DNA of 64,000 nt from an uncultured candidate division WWE3 bacterium (GCA_903879985.1 CAIRNR010000004.1:32762-96761); one strand, 5' to 3'. Positions 35,780-45,459 are shown, numbered from the stretch's first letter. Notes: generated by a model from the letters alone, not told the origin. Translations and numbers: made by a program.

Positions 35780-35810
35780 GGCCGCAACTAGTATATTAAT
35801 AGTTACGGCC
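35780..35810 (-). terminator. Intrinsic terminator.
   Basis: GGCCGCAACT-(11 nt)-AGTTACGGCC with a long T-run on the minus strand. Confidence 0.55.
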
Positions 35811-35830
35811 TTTGGTTTAGTTTTTTGTTA

Positions 35831-36229
35831 TCAGCGCAGCAAGAAAAATACGGCTGTAAGGATAACGATTAGAACGATCAGCAGTTTCCAGATATTTCGC
35901 TGATCAAGAAACGGGTCGGTAATTTTGTCGGGAAGTCCGATGAAAATTCCAAGGCCCAGTCCAGCACCCGCCATACATGCAAAAATTTCTGCAAGGAATG
36001 TCGATAGGTCATAGGTGCGGTACATCGGTGTAACTGTACCGGAGCAGAACAGTAAGCACGCCAGGAGACACAATGCCCCAAATGCGGCAATTCCCCAACC
36101 GGCTGTGTCTGCTTTGGTTATACGTTTTTGTACTGAATTTGGCATCATCAAAAACAGCGAGATAATGCCCACTGCGAAGATTGTTATTGCAACTCCGCTG
36201 AAAATATATTTTAACGTAGTTCCATCCAT
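35831..36229 (-). CDS. Small membrane protein (4 TM), hypothetical.
   Basis: Hydrophobic ORF. It starts a GC-elevated patch. Confidence 0.3.
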   Translation of the reverse strand: MDGTTLKYIFSGVAITIFAVGIISLFLMMPNSVQKRITKADTAGWGIAAFGALCLLACLLFCSGTVTPMYRTYDLSTFLAEIFACMAGAGLGLGIFIGLPDKITDPFLDQRNIWKLLIVLIVILTAVFFLLR

Positions 36230-36253
36230 GATATTTTTTCTCTCTCTTTCGTT

Positions 36254-37222
36254 TTACTTCTTTTTGGGTTCTGCTGTTGCATCACATTCGCCTGGCATCA
36301 GCGAAGTGCAACCTTGCTGCAGGTTTTGAAGGGCGGCCAGCGAAGGTGTGGTAATCATTTTACTGTAACCTTCAGCAGCCGATTGATACAGTGTGCAAAT
36401 TCCTGCCACTGAATCCAAAGATACGCCATACATATAGGCATATTTTCCGGCGGGTAACATCGCGATGCCTTCGGGAGTGCCATCGTGAATTGCCTGGTAT
36501 TGCGAGCAAACTTTCATATCGCGGGTTTCAGCCTGCAGCGCTTTTGTGGGAAATCCCATAAACTGCGCCGGCAGAACCTGGTCAGCATTTTGTGATCCAA
36601 CAAATGTGGCAAAAGCTTTGTCGCCACTTTGGATCAGTTTCTGAATATCGGCGCCGTACTTATTATAAAAATCAATAATCACGGCTGTCTTCAGATCGCT
36701 AAGTTCCAGGTTTGAGATTTGACCATCAATCCTGAAAATTTCTCCTTTGATGTTCATGGCCTGAGCACGGTTTGATCGCATGTATACGGCGATATTTGTC
36801 GCGTGCTTTTGGCATTCCGTCACATCCCCAGGATAGGTTTGATTAACATGCAGCATATTCAATAGCGCCGGCGTTTCCTGGCCCATGCCCTTATCGCCAA
36901 ATGCGCCCGTTAAAGCTGCAATAAAGAATTCCTGCGAGTTGCTGTAGCAAAGTTTCATTACAGCCAGCTCGTCTTTGGTCTCAGACTGTGCATTTTCCAT
37001 TTGGGTTGTGTACAGTTTGAGTTGCTTCGTTTTCTCCACATCAAGGGCGACATGGGCGCTGTAAACTTTCGCAGCCTCCATGTACGCGATTTTCATTTCC
37101 TGCGTAAACTGTGTGGCTAACGGCGCAGGAGACGGTGCGGGAGCACAGGCGGATACCAGCATCATCAAAGTGATGAGCGTTACAAAGAGCAAATACGGAA
37201 TTTTCTTAAAATTGAGTTTCAT
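36254..37222 (-). CDS. Lipoprotein, function unknown (GC-elevated).
   Basis: The signal peptide has the lipobox LVSAC. The product is 322 aa with several Cys. Confidence 0.4.
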   Translation of the reverse strand: MKLNFKKIPYLLFVTLITLMMLVSACAPAPSPAPLATQFTQEMKIAYMEAAKVYSAHVALDVEKTKQLKLYTTQMENAQSETKDELAVMKLCYSNSQEFFIAALTGAFGDKGMGQETPALLNMLHVNQTYPGDVTECQKHATNIAVYMRSNRAQAMNIKGEIFRIDGQISNLELSDLKTAVIIDFYNKYGADIQKLIQSGDKAFATFVGSQNADQVLPAQFMGFPTKALQAETRDMKVCSQYQAIHDGTPEGIAMLPAGKYAYMYGVSLDSVAGICTLYQSAAEGYSKMITTPSLAALQNLQQGCTSLMPGECDATAEPKKK

Positions 37223-37248
37223 TTCTTCCTCATTTCACTGGATATTGA

Positions 37249-39039
37249 CTATTGATGAGTCCAGACAATAAGTCCGAACAAGACGCCACACACTAACTCG
37301 ATCACGAGAATAAGTGTTGGCCAGAACGTAAATCCCCCGGTAATTGCCGCTTGTTGTGAAACAGCTGCGGAAATCACTTGGTTTATTTCGTCCTGAGATA
37401 ATACAACGCGGTCGATGAGGTAATTGAAGTTATCCTCCATTGAGGGCTTCTTAGCGCCATACCTTTCCCAAAGTCCCATAGGGGTTCCTTGAGTACCGGT
37501 TAGGCTCAGTTTGCCATCGGCGGCGATGATTAAAGCGGGCTTTCCAAAAAACCCTTCCGGTGTAAACGGAATTTTCTGTAGTTCATCTGGAATACCGGAA
37601 GCCATAGCCTCTTTCAAGGTTTCGTTTCCTATGGGGAGTCCAGACATTACACGGCATCCTGCTGGTTTAATATAGCGGCCATCAGGTCCATTACTGACAA
37701 CGCACGTCGTCAGAATGGTGTTTTGCTGCATAATCGTGTACAGCGTTTTATCGCCGAACACTTTTTTCCACTTGCCGTTGTAGAGATCAGCCCGCATATT
37801 GTAGACGAGATCATCCAGCGAAACGCCCGTGGCATTCAATTCTTCCTCGGAAACAAACGCAAACGAGTTTGAAATATGCAGTACGTTGCCGTAGTACATG
37901 TTCACGTTCTGCGCGTCGGTGGTAAAACCGGCCCAGTCAACATTTTCGGCTCCAAATTTACCGAGTGGGTAAACAAAGTCAAAGTAAGTTGGCGTGTTTC
38001 CTTTGGCGGGGCTGTACAAATCGCGTGGCTCCAGCAGCATGTGTGCCGCTTGTAGCTTTGCAATGATAGCGGGATCACCAATAAATCCGGCGTTGGCGGT
38101 AGCCAGCAGTGGATTTGAATATTGGTGCCAGGACGTGGATCCTCGAGTCGTCTGTAAATTTACGTAATACATCCAGTCGACAGGAGCTGTGTAGTCGACC
38201 ATGTTGAATTTTGTCCTGAAATTTGAATACCAAAGGTCCTGATAATTTGGAGGAAGCATCCATCCAGAAAAAAACATCAACGGGTGGTTTGCATTTCCAG
38301 CATCTGGTACCAGGTTTGTTTCGGGTGTTGCGTATATGTCGGGTAGGTTAGATTGCCCTGCGTAGCGTAAAAGTGCTTTAACGTCAGGGTCGTGTTGATG
38401 GTGCCATCTCGTTTCCCAGTCATTACAAGTATCGTCGTCGTCGTCCCAACCTACGCATACCTGATACGGATCCACATCGTACACGTGCTCGAATTCCGGG
38501 CATGTGCTGTCAGCGTCTCTATTGCCAGTACAAACTTTAACCAGCATAGAGTTTTTGGTGAGATCGACACCTTGAAGAGGCAGCATTTCCGTGAACGTAT
38601 AGTTCAGCAGTTCTGCATACCTCATTGAAACTTCCGCTTTCTTTGCTGCAAGCCCTCCTTGGGATGCAGAATCCGCAGCCTTAGTCACCTCTCCCGGCGC
38701 CCGTTCCGTAATGGATTGGTACGTCGAAATTGACGAAAAGGTTGCGATAACGAAGAAAACGGCTGATATGCCCATGAATGCACCAGCTCCGGAATTTGCA
38801 GCAAAAAACGCCGCAATGATAAGCCCGGTAACAAGGATAGCCAAAAACACCAAAAATGGTGCCCAGTCGGCTGCCCCACGCCAGAGTGCCATGGATTGAT
38901 TATATGTCTGAGTCCAGACATATCTTAAGCTCGAGTTTCCTGATACCGTTGTGTCCGCCATAGTTGCCGGAGAGCACGAAACAGCAAGGAAAATGAGCAA
39001 TCCTAGGATCGCATAAATCCTTCTTTTCTTATCTTTCAT
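37249..39039 (-). CDS. Large (596 aa) secreted protein with an N-terminal signal, two TM segments near the N-terminus and a C-terminal TM anchor; function unknown (GC-elevated).
   Basis: The ORF has a Trp/Tyr/Asp-rich ectodomain and a hydrophobic C-terminal helix. It is 26 nt from the lipoprotein gene. Confidence 0.4.
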   Translation of the reverse strand: MKDKKRRIYAILGLLIFLAVSCSPATMADTTVSGNSSLRYVWTQTYNQSMALWRGAADWAPFLVFLAILVTGLIIAAFFAANSGAGAFMGISAVFFVIATFSSISTYQSITERAPGEVTKAADSASQGGLAAKKAEVSMRYAELLNYTFTEMLPLQGVDLTKNSMLVKVCTGNRDADSTCPEFEHVYDVDPYQVCVGWDDDDDTCNDWETRWHHQHDPDVKALLRYAGQSNLPDIYATPETNLVPDAGNANHPLMFFSGWMLPPNYQDLWYSNFRTKFNMVDYTAPVDWMYYVNLQTTRGSTSWHQYSNPLLATANAGFIGDPAIIAKLQAAHMLLEPRDLYSPAKGNTPTYFDFVYPLGKFGAENVDWAGFTTDAQNVNMYYGNVLHISNSFAFVSEEELNATGVSLDDLVYNMRADLYNGKWKKVFGDKTLYTIMQQNTILTTCVVSNGPDGRYIKPAGCRVMSGLPIGNETLKEAMASGIPDELQKIPFTPEGFFGKPALIIAADGKLSLTGTQGTPMGLWERYGAKKPSMEDNFNYLIDRVVLSQDEINQVISAAVSQQAAITGGFTFWPTLILVIELVCGVLFGLIVWTHQ

Positions 39040-39183
39040 TTCTAGTCCTCGATTCTATTAAGATTTCAAAGTTCTTGGGGCTTATAGTAACATAGTGATG
39101 GGGAGTATTCAACCTGTAGTAAGCGTTCTTTAACAACTTAATTTCAGGCTTATATTGACCTATATTAATGCTGGTTAGATGGA

Positions 39184-40422
39184 CTATTTTACGTGTACAA
39201 ACTTATTTAGGTATCTGAAAGGTACAATTGAAAATATCGAAATCAGTCCTACTATCAAAGGAATAAACCTAAGCGCTGCTGTTTGATCAAGTAATGCTAC
39301 AATTGGTATCAGTGCTAAGCCCAGGCATCGACCAAAATTATAACTAAGCTCACTATCGCAAATAAAAGCGTACTTACTCTTTCCTTTATCTTCTTCATCC
39401 ATTATCCCCATGACAACGGGGTAACTTAATGGTCCATATAGGGCATAAGCAATTGTAAAAGCGCCTATATATAAAAGTACTGCGGCAGGTCCAAAGTACA
39501 GAGCTAGTATTAATCCACCGAAAATACTTAAAATTCTACCCAAGCTTGCCATTTTCCAGACTTCTCTACTCGCTCCTTTACGGCCTACTAAGTAAACACA
39601 AATAGCGGAAAATAGTGCTGTACTTGAATTTACCAAACCAAGAGTTCCTTCTTTTCCTACGAGTACCAATACAAGTACGCTTGGTATTACAAACTCCGCT
39701 CCGGCAGCGATATTGGATAAAATGTTGTAAATTCTTACCATTTTCCATTTCTTGGTTGGTTTTTGAACTATTAATTCTTCATGGCCATTCCCTTGAACAT
39801 TAATGCCTTGAAGTATATAGCCGGATACTGCAACTAATACTAATCCCACAAGCATTAAAGCCTTATATGACAGGTTCAATGTTTCAAGGCCATAAATTGA
39901 GGCAAAAGCAATAAAACTGCCTGCTAAAAATGGAGTAAAAATATTAATTATCATTTCACCAGCACTAACTAGTCCTACATAGTAAACGCGGCTATCACCC
40001 TTACTTAAAATTAGTTCAATATAGTTTTTATTAGCCCAAAAAATGCCGGAACCAATGCCAGCAAAAAATCCATAAATCGCTAAAACATTTGAATTTATAG
40101 ATGGAAAAACAACTATGCAAACTGCCATTATTCCTTCGAGTAAACAACCTAACCAATATAAAGGAGCAGTTTGGATTTTGCGCAGTAGTAATCCGTTTAA
40201 ATAAAAGCCAAGTGGAAGTCCGATGCAGTACAAAAAGTTATATATAAATAGTGAATATAAATTTTGGCCATTACGCCACAGATACGCGTTTGTAAAAATA
40301 AAAAATAATGTGTAAGCCATTGCGTAGAGGTAATAAGAAATCGTAAGTTTTTGTAAATCTTTTGAAAGTTTTTGATAGAGACTTATTTCTGAAAGTAGAA
40401 TTTTTTTAATCGAATTATACAT
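39184..40422 (-). CDS. 12-TM transporter-like membrane protein (possibly MFS-type).
   Basis: The product is 412 aa with about 12 hydrophobic helices. No diagnostic motif was found. Confidence 0.35.
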   Translation of the reverse strand: MYNSIKKILLSEISLYQKLSKDLQKLTISYYLYAMAYTLFFIFTNAYLWRNGQNLYSLFIYNFLYCIGLPLGFYLNGLLLRKIQTAPLYWLGCLLEGIMAVCIVVFPSINSNVLAIYGFFAGIGSGIFWANKNYIELILSKGDSRVYYVGLVSAGEMIINIFTPFLAGSFIAFASIYGLETLNLSYKALMLVGLVLVAVSGYILQGINVQGNGHEELIVQKPTKKWKMVRIYNILSNIAAGAEFVIPSVLVLVLVGKEGTLGLVNSSTALFSAICVYLVGRKGASREVWKMASLGRILSIFGGLILALYFGPAAVLLYIGAFTIAYALYGPLSYPVVMGIMDEEDKGKSKYAFICDSELSYNFGRCLGLALIPIVALLDQTAALRFIPLIVGLISIFSIVPFRYLNKFVHVK

Positions 40423-40489
40423 ATGCTGAGGTTAATTATAGCGCGTAGTTACGGGTTGGGTAAGGTGTAGGGTTTATGGATGTTGCGTG

Positions 40490-40530
40490 CGAAAAAGAAA
40501 AGGACAAACGTTTTTGGGTTTGTCCTTTGT
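40490..40530 (-). terminator. Intrinsic terminator.
   Basis: AAGGACAAAC-(8 nt)-GTTTGTCCTT followed by a T-run on the minus strand. Confidence 0.55.
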
Positions 40531-40542
40531 GGGGTTTTTAAA

Positions 40543-40797
40543 CTAGGCTGTTTTACTATTATTTACATTCACAGCCAAACTTAAAAATTCGCGTTTAACT
40601 TCCGGTGTTGCATCAGCAGTTAAATGGTTAAGCAGTGCAATCAGATCCGAAAAGGTTTTGCATTTTTCGGAGATTTTCTGATTCGTGTAGACGCCTTTTG
40701 GAAGACCCTTGCTTCTGACTTCGGGTAACCCAGCATCACTAAATGCCTTTTGAATTAAAAGCTTTCCTTGTAACGTATTACTCCAATGAACCGTCAT
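40543..40797 (-). CDS. Hypothetical 84-aa protein.
   Basis: The ORF is clean with a terminator downstream. Confidence 0.3.
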   Translation of the reverse strand: MTVHWSNTLQGKLLIQKAFSDAGLPEVRSKGLPKGVYTNQKISEKCKTFSDLIALLNHLTADATPEVKREFLSLAVNVNNSKTA

Positions 40798-40845
40798 TTT
40801 TAATTCCTTTCATTTATAGGATATCGGGATTATACGTGATAATTA

Positions 40846-40875
40846 TTGACAGGTCAACCTATAGCGTGGTAAATT
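40846..40875 (+). promoter_or_regulatory. Candidate sigma70 promoter with an extended -10.
   Basis: TTGACA-(18 nt, ending TGg)-TAAATT lies upstream of the 40918 gene, and the RBS GGAGG sits 7 nt before the ATG. Confidence 0.4.
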
Positions 40876-40917
40876 ACGTCGATTGTTATTAAACCAAAAA
40901 TCAATTGGAGGCTAAAA

Positions 40918-41217
40918 ATGTCAAGTTTGCGTTACCAAATTAACAAGAGTAATGAGGAATTGTACACGCATCTGCTCAATTACGAGCAGTCCATGTACCA
41001 CTCACTGGCTTTTCTTTTCATCATTAGTATGGTGTTAGTTGGCCTGGTGATTTTCCTGCTTTTCAAATCAAGCTTTCAGGATGCAGTTTTTTCGATTTGC
41101 GTCACGGAAGCAATACTTTTTTTCTTTGGCTGGGGATTCATTTCGCCGCGTGTCGCCTGGAAAACCATTCCGGTTGCAAAGCCTGACGAAGATCCTGATC
41201 TCGCAACTGCAGAATAG
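40918..41217 (+). CDS. Small membrane protein (99 aa, 2 TM).
   Basis: It has a strong RBS and a terminator-like hairpin at 41225..41270. Confidence 0.4.
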   Translation: MSSLRYQINKSNEELYTHLLNYEQSMYHSLAFLFIISMVLVGLVIFLLFKSSFQDAVFSICVTEAILFFFGWGFISPRVAWKTIPVAKPDEDPDLATAE

Positions 41218-41346
41218 CTAGCTTAACCCGACCTTACTGTCAAAAGACTTAAGGCCGGGTTATTTTTTTGATGTAACTTAGTGTGTTTAAGCAAAAAAAT
41301 AGCCTGATTTGATTTTTGGTCATATCAGGCTTATTTGTAACATTAA

Positions 41347-42660
41347 CTATTTATTCTTTTTTCCTTTATCCTCCTTATCTCCTTTTTTATCACCGCCGCC
41401 GTTGTTTTGACCTGTATTTTGGTCGTGATTCTGTTGGCCTGCGGGTTTGTCGGGTTGATGATTTTCAGCAGGTTTCACAGATGTGTCATTTTTGGGTTTA
41501 TCTGTGTCCTGATGATCACCGCCGGATGGTTTTTGGTCGGAATTATTCCCGGGTTTATCGTTGTTTCCGGGTTTCCCTTTGTCGTCACCACCTGGCTTGC
41601 TACCGTTATCGTTGGGTTTACCATCGTTGCCGGGTTTTCCCTTGTCGTCGCCTGGATTCTTGTGATCGTCATTGCCAGGTTTATCCTTATCCCCATCGCA
41701 TGGTTTTGTGGGTTCTACATGCTTTGTGGGTTCGGGAGATTTGGTCGGCTTTGGCTGCTCGGTCGGCTCGTGAGTTTTGGTTGGCGCTGGTGACTTAGTC
41801 GGACAAGGATCTGTCGGCTTTGGCTGCTCGGTCGGCTCGTGAGTTTTGGTTGGCGCTGGTGACTTAGTCGGACAAGGATCTGTCGGCTTTGGGGGCTTGG
41901 TCGGCTCGTGAGTTTTGGTTGGCGCCGGTGACTTAGTCGGGCAAGGATCTGTCGGCTTTGGAGTCCTAGTAGGCTCGTGAGTTTTGGTTGGCGCCGGTGA
42001 CTTAGTCGGACAAGGATCTGTCGGTTTAGGAGTCCTTGTTGGTTCGTCAGTTTTGGTCGGCTCGTGAGTCTTCGTGGGCTCCGGGGACTTAGTCGGCTCG
42101 TGAGTCTTCGTGGGTTCTGGTGATTTAGTCGGTACACCTGTGCCGGTTTTAGTTGGCTCCGGAGTTGGTGTATCTGTCTTTGGTGCGGTTGTGCCCGTTG
42201 GAGTGTAAGTAGGAGCAGGTGTGGGCGTATCCGTTTTCGGCGCGCTGGTGCTTGTCGGTGTGTACGTTACCACTGTTTTGGTAATGGTTCCGGTTGGCGT
42301 CGGTGTGTAAGTTGACGTAGGTGTCGGAGTCGGCGTTGGGGTTGCGGTGTTTGTTGCCGTTTCAGTCATCGTGGTTGTTACAACTGGCGTAACGGTCGTA
42401 GGTACCTGAGTTGGGCATCCACAATTGCAACAGCAGCAACAACAACAGCAGCAAGAATTGCCACCGTTCTGATTCTGCGTCCGATAGGATGCGGAAACAT
42501 TCATCTGCGCCGACGTTGGGTTATTTTGGCTCGTGGTGGTAAGTAAAGTTTTCGGCATACTTGAAGCAACGATTGTTGCACCGATTACAATTCCACCACC
42601 GATGAACACGCTCGAAAGTACAAGCGCGAAGGCCAGTACAATAGCATTAAATTTGCTCAT
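41347..42660 (-). CDS. Secreted low-complexity Thr/Pro/Lys-rich repeat protein with a poly-Cys tract.
   Basis: The likely start is the second Met (MSKFNAI...), which has an AAAGGA RBS. It has a signal peptide and the tract CCCCCCCCCNCGC, followed by a T/P-rich region, then 23-aa repeats (PTDPCPTKSPAPTKTHEPT...) and a KPGNDD/KGDK-rich tail. It is GC-elevated. Confidence 0.5.
   Translation of the reverse strand: MSKFNAIVLAFALVLSSVFIGGGIVIGATIVASSMPKTLLTTTSQNNPTSAQMNVSASYRTQNQNGGNSCCCCCCCCCNCGCPTQVPTTVTPVVTTTMTETATNTATPTPTPTPTSTYTPTPTGTITKTVVTYTPTSTSAPKTDTPTPAPTYTPTGTTAPKTDTPTPEPTKTGTGVPTKSPEPTKTHEPTKSPEPTKTHEPTKTDEPTRTPKPTDPCPTKSPAPTKTHEPTRTPKPTDPCPTKSPAPTKTHEPTKPPKPTDPCPTKSPAPTKTHEPTEQPKPTDPCPTKSPAPTKTHEPTEQPKPTKSPEPTKHVEPTKPCDGDKDKPGNDDHKNPGDDKGKPGNDGKPNDNGSKPGGDDKGKPGNNDKPGNNSDQKPSGGDHQDTDKPKNDTSVKPAENHQPDKPAGQQNHDQNTGQNNGGGDKKGDKEDKGKKNK
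41715..42140 (-). repeat. 69-nt tandem DNA repeat array (about 5-6 units) encoding 23-aa Pro/Thr/Lys repeats.
   Basis: Direct reading: GGCTGCTCGGTCGGCTCGTGAGTTTTGGTTGGCGCTGGTGACTTAGTCGGACAAGGATCTGTCGGCTTT is reiterated with few substitutions. Confidence 0.7.
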
Positions 42661-42869
42661 CTCATTTTCCTTTCTTTTGTAGTCATGGGTTTTCAAAGTT
42701 CCGAATTTGTCTTACCTGAAACGTTTAGTCCTCTTCAATAATGCCTCCTTTTTATCTCTTTATGTTTGATTATTCACGGGATATTATCATGCTATAGGGC
42801 CTTAGTCAAAAAAAAGAAAGGCACCAGAGATGGTATAAACCACGCAATGGTGCCTTTTAATAACTCTAG

Positions 42870-43124
42870 CTATGCGCTTAATTGATAAGTAATGGCGAGT
42901 TTAAACAAATCCCCCATTAATCGCGCGGCTGGTTCTGGCATAGCCGTCATAATCGGGAGTTTATTCAGGGCTTCAAGAACTGCATCTTTTGTTCCTCGAC
43001 GTTCCACATATTCCACAAGGGCCGTGGAATAATTCAATGCAAGACGTCCTAAGCCTGACTCTACTTCATCGAGTTCTTTGATTATCATTGATGCTACCTG
43101 TTTGAAGGTTGCTGTATCTAACAT
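42870..43124 (-). CDS. Hypothetical 84-aa protein.
   Basis: It is co-oriented with the 261-aa gene and 12 nt downstream of it. Confidence 0.3.
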   Translation of the reverse strand: MLDTATFKQVASMIIKELDEVESGLGRLALNYSTALVEYVERRGTKDAVLEALNKLPIMTAMPEPAARLMGDLFKLAITYQLSA

Positions 43125-43136
43125 TTTGAGGCTCCT

Positions 43137-43922
43137 TTACTTGATGTCCCACCAATTGGATCTGACTATTATGCCCAGTGTTGTATCGTTCTTGTGTTCT
43201 TCCCAAATAGCTCCAATCGCATCATTCTGATCAGGGTTATATTTATTGATTTTGGATTGCGTGTTATTTGCAATGAATTCCAACAACTTTAGAGGATTTG
43301 GTGTGACCAAGTCCCAGTAAATTGCTTTTGTTGGCTGCGCTTCGTTATAAAAATGTTCAATCCAACATGGTCGTTGCTTGCGTTCACCTGAAATCTTGAA
43401 GTAATACCGCTGCTTAGCGTCTACTACTTTTTTAATCGCTTTCACATGGTTATTATCTTCGGCCGCCTCAATAGCCAGGTTCATATCTCTCAATGTAGGA
43501 TAAATGAAACCTACATGATGCAATACAATGTCGTTGTTGAGTCCGTGAATTAACATTAACGCGATCATAGCATCGGTTCTTTGAGATAAGCCACGGCAGG
43601 AAACAATTGCATGAAGATCATTATTTCCATGGAGTTTTACTCTGACGCCACCCATATAGCCGAAGCCTAAAGCAAAATTCTCGGTAGGTGTCATTGCGAT
43701 GGCTTCTTTTGGGTCCAACGTATTTCGTAATTCCGCTTCCATCCCGGGGCCAACAATTGATGCTTTTGATGCTAAAAGCGGTTTATCTCCTGACCATCCT
43801 CCGTGGTACATATGAACTTCTTGTTGTGTATCCACCACCGAAATTGTTGTATACAGATGAAGTTTTGCTAACTTCATCATCGCGTGAGCACGCTCATACA
43901 AATAATCCACTTTATTTTGCAT
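43137..43922 (-). CDS. Hypothetical 261-aa cytoplasmic protein (His-rich motifs).
   Basis: The ORF is clean. No family was recognised. Confidence 0.3.
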   Translation of the reverse strand: MQNKVDYLYERAHAMMKLAKLHLYTTISVVDTQQEVHMYHGGWSGDKPLLASKASIVGPGMEAELRNTLDPKEAIAMTPTENFALGFGYMGGVRVKLHGNNDLHAIVSCRGLSQRTDAMIALMLIHGLNNDIVLHHVGFIYPTLRDMNLAIEAAEDNNHVKAIKKVVDAKQRYYFKISGERKQRPCWIEHFYNEAQPTKAIYWDLVTPNPLKLLEFIANNTQSKINKYNPDQNDAIGAIWEEHKNDTTLGIIVRSNWWDIK

Positions 43923-43993
43923 TTTCGTCTCCTTATCTATTAGTCTGATTTTGACAACGTCGACATTATACCTTTATGGTCCTATAGTATCAA

Positions 43994-44533
43994 CTATAAA
44001 TTCAAAGTTTGAGCCATCGCATCTATCAATTTATTTAGATCAAAGTTATTTTGTTCGTATTTGCAGGCTGTTTTGTTTGGATCATCGTAATTAGCGCATT
44101 GTGGAAATCCCAGTGTAAATGTGAACTTAACTACTTTATCTTTCTTTTGATAGGTGTAGCTATAGCTATTAAAAATTGTGCCTGCGGCGCCTTCGCTTGT
44201 AGTTTGTATACAGTACGTTGTACCACTACTGGCTATGGTTGCTATTTCGCCTTTACAAGAAAAAATGTCGCTGGAAATTTCTACTTCAGGTGGCCACGTT
44301 TGCGCGTTAATATATGTTGTGCCTAATTCGGGATATTTGAATGTACTACCTTCAACGTTTGTAGTTGCCGTGTTCCAATATGTTGTTGGATCAACTGCAA
44401 CATTATTTAATGCCTGTTGCTCCTGGATTTGTTTTATCTTCTTTTGATTTTGTAGCTCCACTTGAGTAAATATTAATGCAATAGAACTTATTACTATTAA
44501 TAATGATATTGGTATCAATAATTTTTTATTCAT
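43994..44533 (-). CDS. Secreted or membrane-anchored hypothetical protein with 4 Cys.
   Basis: It has an N-terminal signal anchor. Confidence 0.35.
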   Translation of the reverse strand: MNKKLLIPISLLIVISSIALIFTQVELQNQKKIKQIQEQQALNNVAVDPTTYWNTATTNVEGSTFKYPELGTTYINAQTWPPEVEISSDIFSCKGEIATIASSGTTYCIQTTSEGAAGTIFNSYSYTYQKKDKVVKFTFTLGFPQCANYDDPNKTACKYEQNNFDLNKLIDAMAQTLNL

Positions 44534-44607
44534 ACTTATATCTTACTTCTTTAGTTAAAAGTTGTTTTATGTTTTATTGATATTCTGCTGAAGGGTATAC
44601 TGTAATA

Positions 44608-45450
44608 ATGAAAGACGAACAAAAACCAACAAGTGATTTTCTTGGTGAGGAATTAAGATCAATAAATGAAGTTGCTTCAACACTTGACGAGAAAGCTGGT
44701 TTAATTACAGATTTAGCCTTCAGAGTTTTTGTTGAAAATCGTGTCACCCATACGGATTACGACGCCAGAGAATATACTTTTTTGCCGAAGGTTCACGGAA
44801 TTTTATATAAATTGCCCAATCATCCAAATCAAGTTATAGAGGCATTACCTGAAAGATATTTTCATGGAGAATCTGTTGAGGGAAATGCAAAAGTAATGCC
44901 GTCATTTGTAACACGTGGACTTATTACAGCTGAAGGTCAGCAAGTTATTCATTCGGATCAGCAATCTTTATTAGAATTATCTAAAGGTAAGGAAAATGTA
45001 GTTATGGCTATATTATCTGATTGCGCTGTAATCGTTGGTGAAAACAATGACTCGTTGTTTTTTGCGCACATTGGTTATGGCGAAATTGGAAATATACAAA
45101 ATGTATTAACACTTTTAAAAGAAAAAGGTGTTGATATCAAAAAATTAGTTGCTGTAGTAATGGAAAGACCTGAAGCAACCGACATAGGTTGGAATAAGAC
45201 TGTAACTAAAGAAGATTTACTAGAAATGGGCTTTATTGAAAGTAATATCACTGTGGGACATTCTGAATTTGTTGAAGAGACACAAAATGGAAAAAAACTT
45301 TTTGGCCACAATAATATTCTACAAGTTACGGCAACACCTGAATTTGTTACCGTTCAATCATTTGATTATCGAGATAAATCAGGCTTTGAAGGGCGTATAC
45401 CCTACAGTGTAACCGCTCACGACGCCATTAAAGTTTTTACATTAGAGTAA
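44608..45450 (+). CDS. Hypothetical 280-aa cytoplasmic protein.
   Basis: The ORF is clean. No motif was recognised. Confidence 0.3.
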   Translation: MKDEQKPTSDFLGEELRSINEVASTLDEKAGLITDLAFRVFVENRVTHTDYDAREYTFLPKVHGILYKLPNHPNQVIEALPERYFHGESVEGNAKVMPSFVTRGLITAEGQQVIHSDQQSLLELSKGKENVVMAILSDCAVIVGENNDSLFFAHIGYGEIGNIQNVLTLLKEKGVDIKKLVAVVMERPEATDIGWNKTVTKEDLLEMGFIESNITVGHSEFVEETQNGKKLFGHNNILQVTATPEFVTVQSFDYRDKSGFEGRIPYSVTAHDAIKVFTLE

Positions 45451-45459
45451 ATATTCAAG

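Noticed and set aside
41316-42137. ORFs 41316..41798 (+), 41407..41793 (+), 41475..41696 (-) and 41715..42137 (-) overlapping the repeat gene.
   Set aside because: They are alternative-frame readings of the GC-rich 69-nt tandem repeat. Their compositions are implausible (R/C/H- or L/S/R-rich, low complexity). Only the signal-peptide-bearing minus-strand frame 41347..42660 is coherent.
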